The notes under the pieces: model-generated
What the model saw: only the letters and a program-made list of their open reading frames with translations
Told to the model about the DNA's origin: nothing
The model's database searches: none
Made by a program: the position numbers and the translations under genes
Part shown: positions 1 to 12,182 of the stretch, one piece after another
How the letters are laid out: every line of letters starts with the position of its first letter
How positions within the stretch are numbered: position 1 is the first letter of the stretch
Assembly: GCA_964016885.1 (NCBI GenBank)
Contig: OZ024743.1
Location: forward strand, 237,398,001-237,462,000
Source of the DNA: Eledone cirrhosa
Taxonomy: Eukaryota
Direction: 5' to 3'
Length of the DNA: 64,000 nt

Positions 1-1940
1 GTGTCGGTGATGGCAAGTATGCCATCATCGTTAAGTACACACTTCTCCCCGACAATATCACGGTTTTCCTTGACGCATTGCCTAGCAATCCTGAACACCT
101 CACGTTTTTGGTCATCGCGTTGTAGAACATGCTTGAACTTTCTTTCCTCAGCTTCCCTTTTTGCTAAGTACACTTCTCTCCTAGCTTCCCTCCTGGCCAC
201 TTGATAGTCTACTCTACTTCCCCCATCCCGCCATACTTTCCAAGCCTGCTTTTTGGCCTTAATTGACCCCTCCACCTTACTGTTCCACCACCATGTTACT
301 CTCCTCCTGCCTACAGGCCTGCTCCAGCCACAGACTTCGTCTGTCGCCAACAGCAGGTTTGCTTTCAGAAATTCCCACTGTCCCTCTATATTGTCCGATT
401 CTAGATGCTCTTCCTTACTGTCGAAAGCATCAAGTAATATGCTTTGAAATTTATTTCTGGCTGTGGGGTCCTTTAGCTTCCATATTTTCCTCCTGAGGAT
501 AGTCCTCTTCTGCTGTCGAGTACGTCTCGTCCTGACTATGAGGTCGCTAATTATCAGTCTATGTTGGGAGGTGCATTCTTCATGGGGGAGGGATTTAGTG
601 TTTACAACAGACACTCTGTCACGTCTTCTGGTAAGGATATAATCTACCTGGCTTGTGTGTTCCCCGGATCTATAGGTGATCAGGTGATTGTCACGTTTTT
701 TGAAGTTAGTGTTACAGATAGTTAGGTTATTTGCATCACAGAATTCCAGGATTCTGGAGCCTTCCTCATTTTTAGTACCAAACCCATAGCCTCCATGAAT
801 TTCGTCGTAGCCGTCACAATGTTGTCCAACGTGACCATTTAGGTCGCCTGCAATAATTATATAGTCACTGTCGGTTATTTGGGAGGTAGTGAGCATCAGT
901 ATCTCATAGAATCTGTCTTTTATAGTGCCGGGCAGTCCGGATTGGGGTGCGTACGCAGATATTACTGTCACCGTAGTTCTATTGAGGACAAGTCGTATTT
1001 TAATTATTCTGTCGTTCACTCTTTTTACGTCTATTATCTTATCTGCCCACTTTTCTGCTACCATGATTCCTACTCCACCCAGCCCATCGTCGTTTCCCAC
1101 CCAGAAAAGCTTATAACATCGTTTTTTACCCTCAATGAATCTAGCAGACCCACCCCTCCACCTGGTCTCTTGAATACAACAAACATCGACCTCCTTACAT
1201 TCAAGCATTTCTACAACCTCGTTAGCGCGACCCTTTAGGGTGCCTACATTTATGGTACCAACTCTGAAGTTTTGGGTTGCGTTTGGAGGGTGGTGGGGGG
1301 CGGGGGGAGATAGGGTTATGTTAGCCATCCGCGGACGAAACAAAGAGGAGTGCTCGCATTCTCGTCCACGAGGTGAATTTGACTTTAACTTTGGCATTTT
1401 CGCTCTGAGCGTCCAGATTTTTCTCTCCCTTCCACTCTCCAGGATTCCGCAGTCCGTCCGTCCATCCATCCATCCATCATATATCGAAGGCAACCGGGCA
1501 AGCGATAGTATAGGCCTCTGGCTTCTGATTGGTCCGCGTAATAATAATAATGGTGATGCGTGGGGGGGGGGGGTCTGGCTTATAATAATAATGGTGATGT
1601 GTGTGTGGGGGGGGGGCTCTGGCTTATGATTGGTCCACGTATTAAGAATGGTGGTGTGTGGGGCGGGTGGGAGGGGTATGGGGTAGCTAGCTGGAAGGTT
1701 ATGAATGTTTAACAAGCGATTTAACAAAAAGCAAAACTGCAAGATTTGTTCTGTTCAATACGACAAAAACACCGTATTTAAACCTTAAATAAATAACAAA
1801 AAATACAGATTTCGGATTTTGCGAGATTGGATGTTTGGACTATGTACGAAATTGAGCGTGGAGTAGATAGAGAAAAATTTTGTACGTTACGATTACATAG
1901 GTACACCGTAGTAGGAATAATTGAAGCAGCGATGGATTGG
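1..1940 (-). mobile_element. RTE-clade LINE, 5' half (5' UTR, APE endonuclease, linker); continues off the left edge
   Basis: ORF from ATG at 1397 reads GTINVGTL, CCIQETRW, IAGDLNGHVG, SQVDYIL, SQHRL with no stop seen down to base 1; nearly identical to 57290-58940. 5' boundary approximate. Confidence 0.9.
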
Positions 1941-1973
1941 CGAAAGTGAATAAACATGAAGGAGAACTTATCT

Positions 1974-2006
<33 letters not shown>

Positions 2007-2169
2007 AGCTAAGAGAGAGAGAGAGGGGGAGGGGAAGAGAGAGAGAGGGGAAAGGGAAGAAAGAGAGAGGGGAAGGGGGAGAGAGATTGTGGCTGACCGC
2101 AGCCCCTCGTGGAGTAGCTGGAGTGTGAAGGGTGTAGAGCGGATATTTTTAAAGTAATTTATAAGAAGT

Positions 2170-2312
2170 AGAATGGGAAGGATTTTGTTTTTTGTTTGAG
2201 AATACGATAGAATTAAGGAATTGGACGATACGATAGAATTAAGAATGGGAAGGATTTTGTTTTTTGTTTAAGATACGATGGAATTAAGGAATTGGACGAT
2301 ACGATAGAATTA
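2170..2312. repeat. Approximately 72-bp tandem duplication
   Basis: agaatgggaaggattttgttttt...gatacgatagaatt occurs twice. Confidence 0.75.
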
Positions 2313-2845
2313 GATAATATATAGACAGATAAATAATATTATTCATATGTCCCATGACATGGTAACAGTCCTGATATGTTCCAGGTATGGCGTGGTCATC
2401 TGTCCAGACTTGGATCATATCAGGACCATCTGGTAACATGGCTCCTTTATGAGGCTTGGCATGGTCTACAGGCCCAACTTCCCTCATAGTGGGACCACCC
2501 AGATCCCAAACTATGGTTCCAATGTGAGAAGGGTATGGTGCAACCAACTGGCCAGACTCTCCCTCATAATGGTGCCATCCAGTTCCTCACTGTAAATGTG
2601 GTTAGTGTTAGAAAGGTCATCCAGCTGTAAAATTCCTGGCCAAATTCCAGTTCCATCTGAGTAAGGTACGGCGCAGCCAACTGAGCAGACTTGTCTCAAG
2701 ATGTGAGCAACCTATCTAACCCATGCAACTATGGAAAATGGACGTTTAAATAGTGATGATGATGATGATATGGTGTTGTCTAATGTTTGATGTTTTCTGG
2801 CGTGAAATAAAAACAATGTCTTTCTTATTTTTTCTCTTTTCTTAG

Positions 2846-2952
2846 AGTCTAAAATATTTACCATTAATGATTTCTTATATGAAACCAAATTGGACAATAT
2901 TAACCTATTTAAGATTCTACATTACTGTGAAAAGAGTCAGATTTCTAAGAAG
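2846..2952 (+). CDS. DDX11: DDX11/ChlR1 helicase coding exon A (first exon visible; 5' part of gene lies left of the window)
   Basis: cttag| ... AAG|gtaag; encodes [35 protein letters not shown], matching DDX11 TINDFLF..IDNINLFK..YCEKS.ISRK. Acceptor could alternatively be at 2848. Confidence 0.88.
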
Positions 2953-3139
2953 GTAAGTTGACCAAAGATATATCTATATTATAATAACTGTACACGCAAT
3001 TTCTGTCCGTCTGTCACACAAATGCTATGCTCTGTCAAAGAAACATTCTAAAATTTATATTTAGAATTCAAGGGAGACAAATGTGAGATGGAGGTGGTGG
3101 GGGTGGGAGAAATATTTATCTATACCTGAAATAGGTTTT

Positions 3140-3460
3140 CTTCACTGGTCTCTCTTACCACATCTCTCCGGGAGGGGTGGAACGTGTATGGAAACATTAT
3201 TTAGTCTTGTTTTCCTCGCCCATATATTCCTAAGAGGGTCTTTGGGGCAGAGTCCTCAAACACTCCCTCCAGCAGGTCCTGTCAGAAGCAACCATCTCCG
3301 ACTAATCCAGCTGGATCCACAAGTAGACCAGCCAAGCTCATGGATGTTATCCAATCTTCTTGCTCAGATTCTACCCCTGGGTCTCCTGCCAATTGGTTTT
3401 GCCCGTAAAATCTGTCAAGCAATTCTTTCCTGAGACATTCTAACCACATGTCTGTAGCAT
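3140..3460 (-). mobile_element. 3' fragment of a second RTE-type LINE family
   Basis: Homologous to 5720-5880, 8185-8570 and 43440-43730; minus strand encodes the RPRGR..RWLDNI C-terminus. Confidence 0.7.
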
Positions 3461-3501
3461 TGATTAATTTTTCTCTTTTTTTATTTGTCTTATCATTACA
3501 G

Positions 3502-3547
3502 TTGAATGGATTTGTGGAAAAATACCAGCCATCATCTGTAAATTATG
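3502..3547 (+). CDS. DDX11: DDX11 exon B
   Basis: acag|TTG...TAT G|gtgag; LNGFVEKYQPSSVNY continues the frame of exon A (DDX11 LFGFTERY-like). Confidence 0.85.
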
Positions 3548-3869
3548 GTGAGATTGCTGCTCTTTTAAAACTTATTTTAATAAGAAAGATTGTTGTTGTT
3601 ATTGTATTTTGTTAACCAATTGTTTGCCACACCCGACTTGGAGTTTCAACATAAAAACCTGATCAGACAACACACCATTTTCAAGTTCCACTCACCATTT
3701 AAATGTTGCCATACCCTACCTTGAATAACACTGATACAGAGCTTCATCATCTTCATAACCGTTTAACATCCATTTTTCCATGTTAGCATGGGTTTGATGA
3801 GTTGTCTTGCTGTGAGACAAGCCAGGTCAGATGACTGTCTTGGCTGGATATCCTTCCTAATGCCAACCA

Positions 3870-4180
3870 CATTTACAGTGTGGACTGGGTGATTTTTGTC
3901 GTGGCACCTACATGACCACTTTACAGTGTGGACTGGGTGTTTTTTGTCGTGAGACCTACATGACCACTTTACAGTGTTGATTTTTGTCGTGACACCTACA
4001 TGACCACTTTACAGTGTGGACTGGGTGATTTTTTTCTTGACACCTAAATGACCACTTTACAGTGTGGACTGGGTGATTTTTGTAGTGACACCTACATGAC
4101 CACTTTACAGTGTGGACTGGGTGATTTTTGTCGTGACACCTACATGACCACGTCACAATGTGGACAGTGATTTTTGATGT
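3870..4180. repeat. 48-49-bp minisatellite (about 6 units) inside an RTE-tail fragment
   Basis: Unit catgaccactttacagtgtggactgggtgatttttgtcgtgacaccta; same motif as the 29106-30418 array. Confidence 0.85.
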
Positions 4181-4240
4181 GTGACAACCTGTCAACCCAT
4201 GCCAAGATAAAGTATTAGACATTAAAGATGATAATAATAA

Positions 4241-4615
4241 TTGTTTCTACTTTTGGGACAAGGCCAACAATTACCCAGTGTATTACTGGTACTTTATTTT
4301 ATCGACCCCGTAAGGATGAAAGGCAAAGTTAACCTCGGCGGGATTTGAGCTCAGAATGGCAAGGGCCGTAACTCTATGCGTCAAAGCATGGCGTCCGACC
4401 CTCTACCGATACTGCCAATAATAATTGTTTCTACTTTAGGCACAAGGCCAGCAATTACCCAGTGCATTACTGGTACTTTATTTTATCGACCCCGTAAGGA
4501 TGAAAGGCAAAGTAAACCTCGGCGGGATTTGAACGCAGATCGTAAAGGGACGTAACTATGCTGGAAAGCATGGCGTCCGACCCTCTACCGATACTGCCAA
4601 TCCACCGCACTGCCA
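4241..4615 (-). mobile_element. Head-to-tail pair of tRNA-headed SINE family A
   Basis: Reverse complement of ggcagtatcggtagag...gagttcaaatcccgccgagg..ctttgcctttcatccttacggggtcgataaaataaagtaccag...gtagaaacaattatt, twice. Confidence 0.85.
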
Positions 4616-4678
4616 ATAATAATGAAGTCTTTATTGTCTCTTTGTCGTCTTTTAATTTGAGCCGTTTTCTTCAAACAG

Positions 4679-4783
4679 TTCCTCTGTCTCAGAAGAAACC
4701 TGAGAATTGTCGTTCTGGTATCAGTCAGTTTTTGGAGCAGTTAAGTGAAAAACAGAATTCCTCCAAGAATATTCCTACTAAAG
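4679..4783 (+). CDS. DDX11: DDX11 exon C
   Basis: aacag|TT...AAA G|gtaac; phase 1/1; VPLSQKKPENCRSGISQFLEQLSEKQNSSKNIPTK (G.QQFL.. motif). Confidence 0.8.
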
Positions 4784-4854
4784 GTAACCAATTTATTTCA
4801 AGTAATCACATTGGCTTTTAATTCTTATTGTTACGTGTCATGACAAAAAGTACC

Positions 4855-5035
4855 CAGTGTATGTATGTATATGTGTGTTTGTGTGTATGTATGTATGTGT
4901 GTGTGTACGTATGTATGTATATGTGTGTGTGTATGTATATGTGTGTGTTTGTGTGTATGTATGTATATATGTGTATGTGTACGTATGTATGTATACGTAT
5001 GTGTGTGTATGTATGTGTAAGTGTGTACATGTGTC
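4855..5035. repeat. (TG)/(TATG) microsatellite
   Basis: Direct reading. Confidence 0.9.
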
Positions 5036-5069
5036 TACATAACAATGACAGGCATTATTAATAACATGA

Positions 5070-5260
5070 TGCGGTGGTTTGACAGAATCGGTAGAGCGTC
5101 AGACACCATGCTTTGTAGCATAGAGTTGCAGCCCTTTACGGTCTGAGTTCAAATCCCGCCGAGGTTAACTTTGCCTTTCATCCTTACGTGGTCGATAAAA
5201 TAAAGTACCAGTAATACACTGGGATAATTGCTGGCCTTGTGCCAAAAGTAGAAACAATTA
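5070..5260 (+). mobile_element. SINE family A copy
   Basis: B-box gagttcaaatcc plus shared core and tail. Confidence 0.8.
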
Positions 5261-5461
5261 TTTTTATGTTACATATATATTTTCCTACTTTCTTTACTTC
5301 AGCGATGTATTTGTTTTGTAAGGTTTTTCATATGAAACTGTGTTGAAACAGATATTGTTATATTTGGGGAGGGTCATGTTGTCCTAATATTATATTGTTA
5401 TATTTGGTGAGGGTCATGTTGTCCATAACATTATCTATCTTTCATGATGTCTTCCCTTCAG

Positions 5462-5587
5462 TCCCTGACACAACAAAACCTCCCAATGAACCTCCAGAAA
5501 TGAGATCACCTCTCATGCATATTGAGAACTTCCTGGCAGCTCTAACAAATGCTGATAAAGATGGCCGTGTTGTTCTTAACAGAAAAA
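5462..5587 (+). CDS. DDX11: DDX11 exon D
   Basis: ttcag|TC...AAA A|gtaag; encodes [25 protein letters not shown], a typical DDX11 segment. Confidence 0.93.
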
Positions 5588-6081
5588 GTAAGTGATAACA
5601 GCAACATTACTATTGTTGTTGTTGATCAGTGTGATTTTTATAATAGTAGTCGTCGTCGTCGTCTTCTTCTTCTTCTTCTTCTCCTTCTCCTTCTTCTTCT
5701 TCTTCTTCTTCTTCTTCAAACACTCCCTTTAGTGGTTCCTATCAGAAGCAACCATCTTGCTCAGGGTCTACCCCTGGGGTCGCCTGCTGGTTGGTTTTAC
5801 TTATAAAATCTGTCAAGCAATTCTTTCCCGAGACATTCTAACCACATGTCCATAATATCGGAGAAGTAGTGGCTCTACCTGGAATGCTACCACTTAAAAA
5901 AAAATTTCACTGGAAATAGATAAGCAAAATTTAATAAGAGATAGGGTGAGGGTGGGTCTGAAAAATTAATGATAGAATAAAATGGACTTTGTTATGAGAG
6001 AGAGGTGTTTAAAATGATTGTTGTTGATTTATCTTCTACCATTTATTTTATTGTTTGTATTTTTCTTTTATTTCTATTTAG

Positions 6082-6194
6082 ATCTATTAAGTGTATCAAG
6101 CATTAAGTTCCTCTTACTTAATCCTGCTGTGGAATTTAAGTGTGTTGTTGATGAAGCCCGTGCTGTTGTTATAGCTGGTGGAACTATGCAGCCT
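6082..6194 (+). CDS. DDX11: DDX11 exon E (helicase motif III region)
   Basis: tttag|AT...CCT|gtaag; [31 protein letters not shown]. Confidence 0.95.
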
Positions 6195-6242
6195 GTAAGT
6201 TCCAGAAACTACCACTAATATTATCATTAACCCTTTCATTAC

Positions 6243-6700
6243 CATCATCATCATCATTTTACATCTGCTTTTCCCTGCTTGCAAGGGTGGGCCGGGTCCT
6301 ATTCAGCACAACATCTCTCCACTTGTCACGGTCCTTTGTCATCTCCTCTGTGAGTTTTAGCGATCTGAGGTCTGCTCTCACCACCTCTGCCCATGTTTTT
6401 CGTAGTCTTCTCTACTGCGTCTTCCTTCTACTGGCATTTCTTGGCACTTCTTTATCCAGTAGTCATCCTCCATGCGCATCACATGTCCATACCATCGCAG
6501 TCTTCTCTCCCACACACTACAACTTATTCCTCTTATACTCAGTTTCTCTCCCAACTCATCTATGCTTGGTCATTTACGCACATTGACATTGCACACCCAA
6601 CAGAGCATACTTGCTTTATTTCTCTCCAGCCGTCGCAAATCCTCTGCAGTTGCTGCCCATGTCTCACTACCATGCAGCATTGTGCATTTCACACAGCCTA
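6243..6700 (-). mobile_element. RTE LINE 3' fragment with (CAT)n tail
   Basis: Homologous to 34721-35160. Confidence 0.75.
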
Positions 6701-6995
6701 TAATTTTCAAACTAGTTTGAAAAATAATCAAACATTTATAGAGAGATTTAGTAATATTACTAATTTCCTACATGATAGTGAGACGTGGACACTGAATGTG
6801 GCTCTGAGCTCTTAGTTGGGCTTGTTCTATTGGGAACATAAGTCAACCAATTGTCTCCAATGCTGTCAGTCAATAGCAGCTCATTGACATCCGTGCCTTG
6901 ATGGTCTGTAGATCACTTTGGTATGTCCACTGCCAAGTCATCTTCGGTCAGTCTCTTTTCTGCTTGAAAGCCCAAAAGAAAAGCAAGTATGTTCT

Positions 6996-7125
6996 AACAG
7001 ATGTGTAATGTTAGTGAGCATGAACATTGAGGAGAGATGAGCTGAGAGTCAAGCTGGTCAACAGATGTGTAATGTTAGTGAGCATGAACATTGAGGAGAG
7101 ATGAGCTGAGAGTCAAGCTGGTCAT
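6996..7125. repeat. 64-bp tandem duplication
   Basis: aacagatgtgtaatgttagtgagcatgaac...caagctggtca twice. Confidence 0.85.
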
Positions 7126-7500
7126 AAGAGGATCAGATTTACTGTATCAGACATATTACACATCGATGATGATCATTGGGTTCTTATTGAGTCTCTACAC
7201 CACTCCTATCCATCTCTACAAAGCACCCAGCAAATGTGGTTGGTGTTAGGAAGGGTTTCCACCCATAGAAACCTAACCAAAATCAGTTCTGTGTAAGCGA
7301 AACGTGGTCCTTCAACCTGGATCTCTCACAACAGGACAGTCTGTCCTACTCATGCTAGCGTGGAAAATGGACGTTAAACGATGATGATGATGATGATATA
7401 TATATATATATAGTTCTGAAGAGATTATTTTGGTAAAAGCAGGAGAAAACTTTCAACTATCGCAGTTTTTAGTTACGATGGAGATTTTTATAAAAATAAT

Positions 7501-7856
7501 AAAATAAGATGCTGATGTTACATAAATCGTTTAATCATTACAATTATTTCCACGGTTCTTCCATGCAATCGAGAAGTCCTTCATGCATTTGTTGTTGTTA
7601 TGAAACGGTATCCTCAGATGAAATTCGATTTATTTGATATGTCGCCAGCAGGAAAAAACACACGCCCTGCTGGGCACATGAGCAATAGGACGTGGGTTTT
7701 TTCCTGCCAGCGACATATCAAACATATCGGATATCATCTGAGGATACCGTTCTCATAACAACAACAAATGCATGAAGGACTTCTCAATTGCATGGGAGAA
7801 CCGTGGAAATAATTATAATGATTAAACGATTTATGTAACCTTGGCATCTTATTTTT
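7501..7856. mobile_element. Foldback/MITE-like near-perfect palindrome, arms about 170 bp
   Basis: aaaataagatgc...cacgccct is the reverse complement of aggacgtg...gcatcttatttt, with a short loop near 7670-7686. Confidence 0.85.
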
Positions 7857-7918
7857 TATATATATATATATATCACTGAGCTATCTCTCTTTCTCAAATG
7901 TTTCCTTTATATTTCAAG

Positions 7919-7991
7919 GTGAATGAATTTAAAGAACAACTTTTCCGGTCTGTTGGTGTCCAGCCTGAGAGAATCCTAGAATACTCTTGTG
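7919..7991 (+). CDS. DDX11: DDX11 exon F
   Basis: tcaag|GTG...TGT G|gtatg; VNEFKEQLFRSVGVQPERILEYSC. Confidence 0.92.
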
Positions 7992-8071
7992 GTATGTATA
8001 TTATTGGAATAAAAAATTTATTGCAATTTCACATATGCCCACCTTTTAAACAAAATACTGCCAAAGTTAAC

Positions 8072-8887
8072 CCTTTCATCACCACATTTCTAATGAAATA
8101 CACTCTATTTTAATTAATTAATGAAGAATTTTGAGGGATTTAATAAAATGATTAATTACTAATATAGCAACTTAATGTAAGGTTCTTCTTCTCCTCCTCT
8201 GCAAGAGAGGGTCATGGTGTTAGACTCCTCAAATACTCCTTCCAGCAGGTTCTGTCAGAAGCAACCGTCTCCAACTGATCCAGATGGATCCACAAGTGAG
8301 ACCAGCCAAGATCATGGATGTTATCCAACCATCTTGCTCGGAGTCTACCCCTGGGTCTCCTGTCGGTTGGTTTTGCCCATAAAATCTGTCGAGCAATTCT
8401 TTCCTGAAACATTCTAATCACATGTCCGTAGTACCGGAGCTGTAATCTCTCAATTCGAAGTAGGGGTTCTATCTGGAGTGACTCACTGATCTCCGAGCTA
8501 TATACTCTATCAAGTAGCGTTACTCCAAAGACCCTTTGAAGGGATCCCATTTCAGTCGCTTGTATTCACAATCGTAAGGTTCTTATATAAAATTATATTG
8601 GAAGATTTTAATTTAAATTGGAAACTTTTAAAACAGGTGGTTTTGTTTCATAGAACCAGAGCTGGTTTTGGCCAGGTTGGTAACTAAAGGGTTAAGATAG
8701 GTTGTTTTATTTCATAGAACCAGAGCTGGTTTTGGCCAGGTTGGTAACTAAAGGGTTAAGATAGGTTGTTTTATTTCATAGAACCAGAGCTGGTTTTGGC
8801 CAGGTTGGTAACTAAAGGGTTAAGATAGGTTGTTTTATTTCATAGAACCAGAGCTGGTTTTGGCCAGGTTGGTAACTAAAGGGTTAA
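8072..8887 (+). mobile_element. piggyBac-type MITE interrupted by an RTE fragment (8185-8570), right end amplified as 4 x 64-bp tandem units
   Basis: TTAA|CCCTTT at 8068; AAAGGG|TTAA closes each 64-bp unit (catagaacc at 8649, 8713, 8777, 8841). Confidence 0.7.
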
Positions 8888-9071
8888 TGTTCTAATTATG
8901 CAGCTAATTTCCATAGACAGAATTGGTAATACTCTAGTTATAAAGTAATACAAGTTTATTTAAATACTTTAGGCATGTGACCTAATGGTTTGGGTGTTAG
9001 ACTCACAATCATAAGGTGGTGGGTTTGATTCCTAGAATGGGCAGCACATGTTCTTGAGCAAGTTGCTCCAT

Positions 9072-9388
9072 TTAATAATAATAATAATAATAATAATAAT
9101 GAAATTATTATGTAAAGTGCTCAGGTGCACTACAACTCGTCAAAGGTGTATGTATAGTACATAGAATAATACACAAATGTCAGGGAAGTGAATAGTGTAT
9201 GAGTCATGGTATACATGTGTGTATGTGTATGGAGGGGGAACATTAGCTGTAGTGTTGGCGGATATCGGGAAGCATGGAGGCCTTAAAGGATGCAGTGTCT
9301 CGACAGCTAACAACTGATGCAGGTAGTTTGTTCCCTGCTTCAGCAACTCTGAGCATGAAAAAATGTTTCCGAAAGTCATGGGAACTGA
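9072..9388 (-). mobile_element. CR1 LINE 3' end with (TAT)n tail
   Basis: Matches the 3' end of the CR1 copy at 45690-45950. Confidence 0.8.
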
Positions 9389-10729
9389 ATATTGCTTTTT
9401 ATGATAGGACTGCACCCCTATCATTAAAACACTGGAGAAACCTTCCATGGGATTGTATCTCATAGAAGGCCAGCTAAACTTTGTGATCTGTATTAAAAAT
9501 ACGATAGGACTGTGACAACTATAGTTAAAACACTCAAGAAACCTCTTGTAAGATACATCCACATAAGAGGCCAGCTAACATAGGTGTCAGCTGTAACAAC
9601 AAGGACTGTGGTCTCTATCATTAAAGAAACCTCCTATGAGACTGTATCTCATTGGAGGCTAGCTAAACTTGCATGAGCTGCAAATTTAATTTTTTTTCAT
9701 TCTCAAATATGTTTGTGGCAGTTTTCTGTTATATCATCAACAATCATCAATTTTCTGTTCACTTACGAAGCTGGCAAGTTGGAGGAGCATATCTCACTTG
9801 TATGTTCCATATTTGGCATGGTGTCTATGGCTGGATACTCTTCTCTGCATCAACTAATTTATATATAAATTACGGAGGCTCCGTAAGCCGTAGTGTAGGC
9901 AACCCGTCTAGGAGAGCTACCACTCCAAATAAATTGGTGTTGGGTGGAGAAGCCCCCTAAGTCCAGTAAGACAACTTCCCTAGTGCTGGTGGCACGAATA
10001 AAAGCACCTGGTCCATGTTGTAAAATGGAGGTGATGGAAGTGGCATTCAGCTATTAAAAACCATGCCAAGCAATGGGCTGGAGAGGGCCCCTGAGTCCAG
10101 TAAGACAACCTCTCTAGTGCTGGTGGCATGAATAAAAGCACCCAGTCCATGTTGTAAAGTGGTGCTGGTGTTAGGAAGGGCATACAACCAGTATATTAAT
10201 GCCAAAAAAAAATGATGATGATGATATATATAATTCCACACTGTAAATGTGGTTGGTGTTAGGAAGGGCATCCAGCCGTAGAAAAGCTGCCAGATAGTCT
10301 TATACAAGTGAGACACGGTCACCCATCAATCTTGCCTCAAGTGGGACAATTCCTGGCTAACCCAGACTAGCGTGGAAGATAGACGTTAAATGATGATGAT
10401 GATGATGAATTTATGCATACATATATACCCTTTAATTTGTATTATATTATATAATTTGATATATATATCAAATTAAAAGGTAGAGTTAGAAACTCCCAAT
10501 AATCCCCTATGATCCAGGGAGCTCAAGGAAGAGAGACCGAGCTGTTTATATATCATAGCAATGAGAGAAAGACATAACAAATTATGTCAGATAATTTGTT
10601 ATGTGTCTTTCTCTCATAAATCCCGCCGAGGTTGACTTTGCCTTTCATCTTTACGGGGTCGATAAAATAAAGTACCAGTAATGCACTGGATAATTGCTGG
10701 CCTTGTGCCTAAAGTAGAAACAATTGCTA

Positions 10730-10767
<38 letters not shown>

Positions 10768-10838
10768 GTGTGTGTGTGTTTATATAATGTATGTATGATG
10801 ATGATAATTTATATAGATATATATATTTCTGTTTTTAG

Positions 10839-10942
10839 GCCATGTTATTCCTGACAATAATCTGCTAACTATTGCTCTGGCCAATGGACCATCTGGACAG
10901 GAAATGGACTTCACATATAAATCAAGGAACAATGTTCAAACG
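10839..10942 (+). CDS. DDX11: DDX11 exon G
   Basis: tttag|GC...ACG|gtata; GHVIPDNNLLTIALANGPSGQEMDFTYKSRNNVQT. Confidence 0.93.
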
Positions 10943-10970
10943 GTATAACAAGACACATTTTTAGTCTATA

Positions 10971-12182
10971 CTAGACTACATGTGACCCATTGGGTCACAT
11001 TCACTTCAAAATATTTTTTTAAAATAATTTTTAAATAATTAAAATATTCACAGACATGTATATAATGTGAAATAAAATTGGAAGGCCCATATATATACAT
11101 GTATGTATATCATTATCTATAAAAGGCAGATTGTTGTTGTGTGTGTGTGTGTGCATGTTCCATGTTTATACATTTGCACAATTTCAAACCGATTCGACTC
11201 AAAGTCAAACATTTATTTACTTCAATGACAACGAAGAGAACTTATTACATTTCATACGAAACAACAATTATTCAAAAGCAACAGATAAATTTATTCAACA
11301 ACAAAAAAAATAGCGATAATTTTTTTTTAAAACATCTCTCAACGAACGTGGAAGAAAGAAGTATCAGTGTATTTACTATACACAATAATATCCTCTATGA
11401 GGTCACTAAACCTGCTAGAAACAGCAGCTAACTCTCCCCCATATCACACCCCTCCCTAATGTCTTAAATTTAGAAAACACACATTAGACAACCATGCAGA
11501 ACAACTCCATCGTAGCTCTGTTGTTCGGCTGGCATCGTCTACGCGTGTGTTGCGCAAGTACTGTGAAACAATCAATTTCAACACTTCTTTGCACGGAGAT
11601 AATATCCATAGGCGAAACTACAATTGTCACTGCTGGCGCAGCTCCTGCTTCAGCAGTCCAGGTCTGCAATTCATTCACCCAGTGCCCGGCAGACAAAAAA
11701 GTGAGGCCATAAAATGGGTGGTGCAACCTAACTTTGGTAACTTACTGACTCCGAGCAACGCCGGGCTTTAATGCTAGTATATATATATAAATGTGTGTGT
11801 TTGTATACATATGTATATATATATATGTATATGCGTGCATATATATATATATATGGGTGTCTGTGATCTATATACACTGGCCATAGACGCACACACATAT
11901 ATATACACAACACCACCACCAGCTCTCTCTCTTCCATTCTCCTTCTCTGTCTCCTTTCCCTCTCTCTCTCTTTCAATCTACTTTCTCTCTCTTTGTTTAA
12001 GAAAGTACCCAAAAAAACCCATATCTCGAGAACCCGTGCTTCGATTTATGTGAAACTTGTTTTATTCCAATTGTATTCCCATTTCAGGGTCAACCTCCTT
12101 TCAAAGTATTTTCCCATTTTGCACCTTTTTGGCTGTATTACATTACAGACAAGCAAGGAAACAGACTTTTAGTATTATATAG
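10971..12182 (-). mobile_element. Non-autonomous Helitron (family H1) containing a nested second Helitron
   Basis: On the minus strand ends with hairpin gtgacccaatgggtcac plus CTAG|T; reverse complement of 40326-40790 and 42585-42685. Confidence 0.75.
11116..11777 (+). mobile_element. Non-autonomous Helitron (family H2) nested in H1
   Basis: A|TCTATAAAAGGCAG 5' end; 3' hairpin ccgagcaacgccgg followed by CTAG|T. Confidence 0.75.

Noticed and set aside
9872-9960. HDV-like ribozyme at an RTE-like 5' leader
   Set aside because: Short hairpins are present but I could not assemble the nested double pseudoknot
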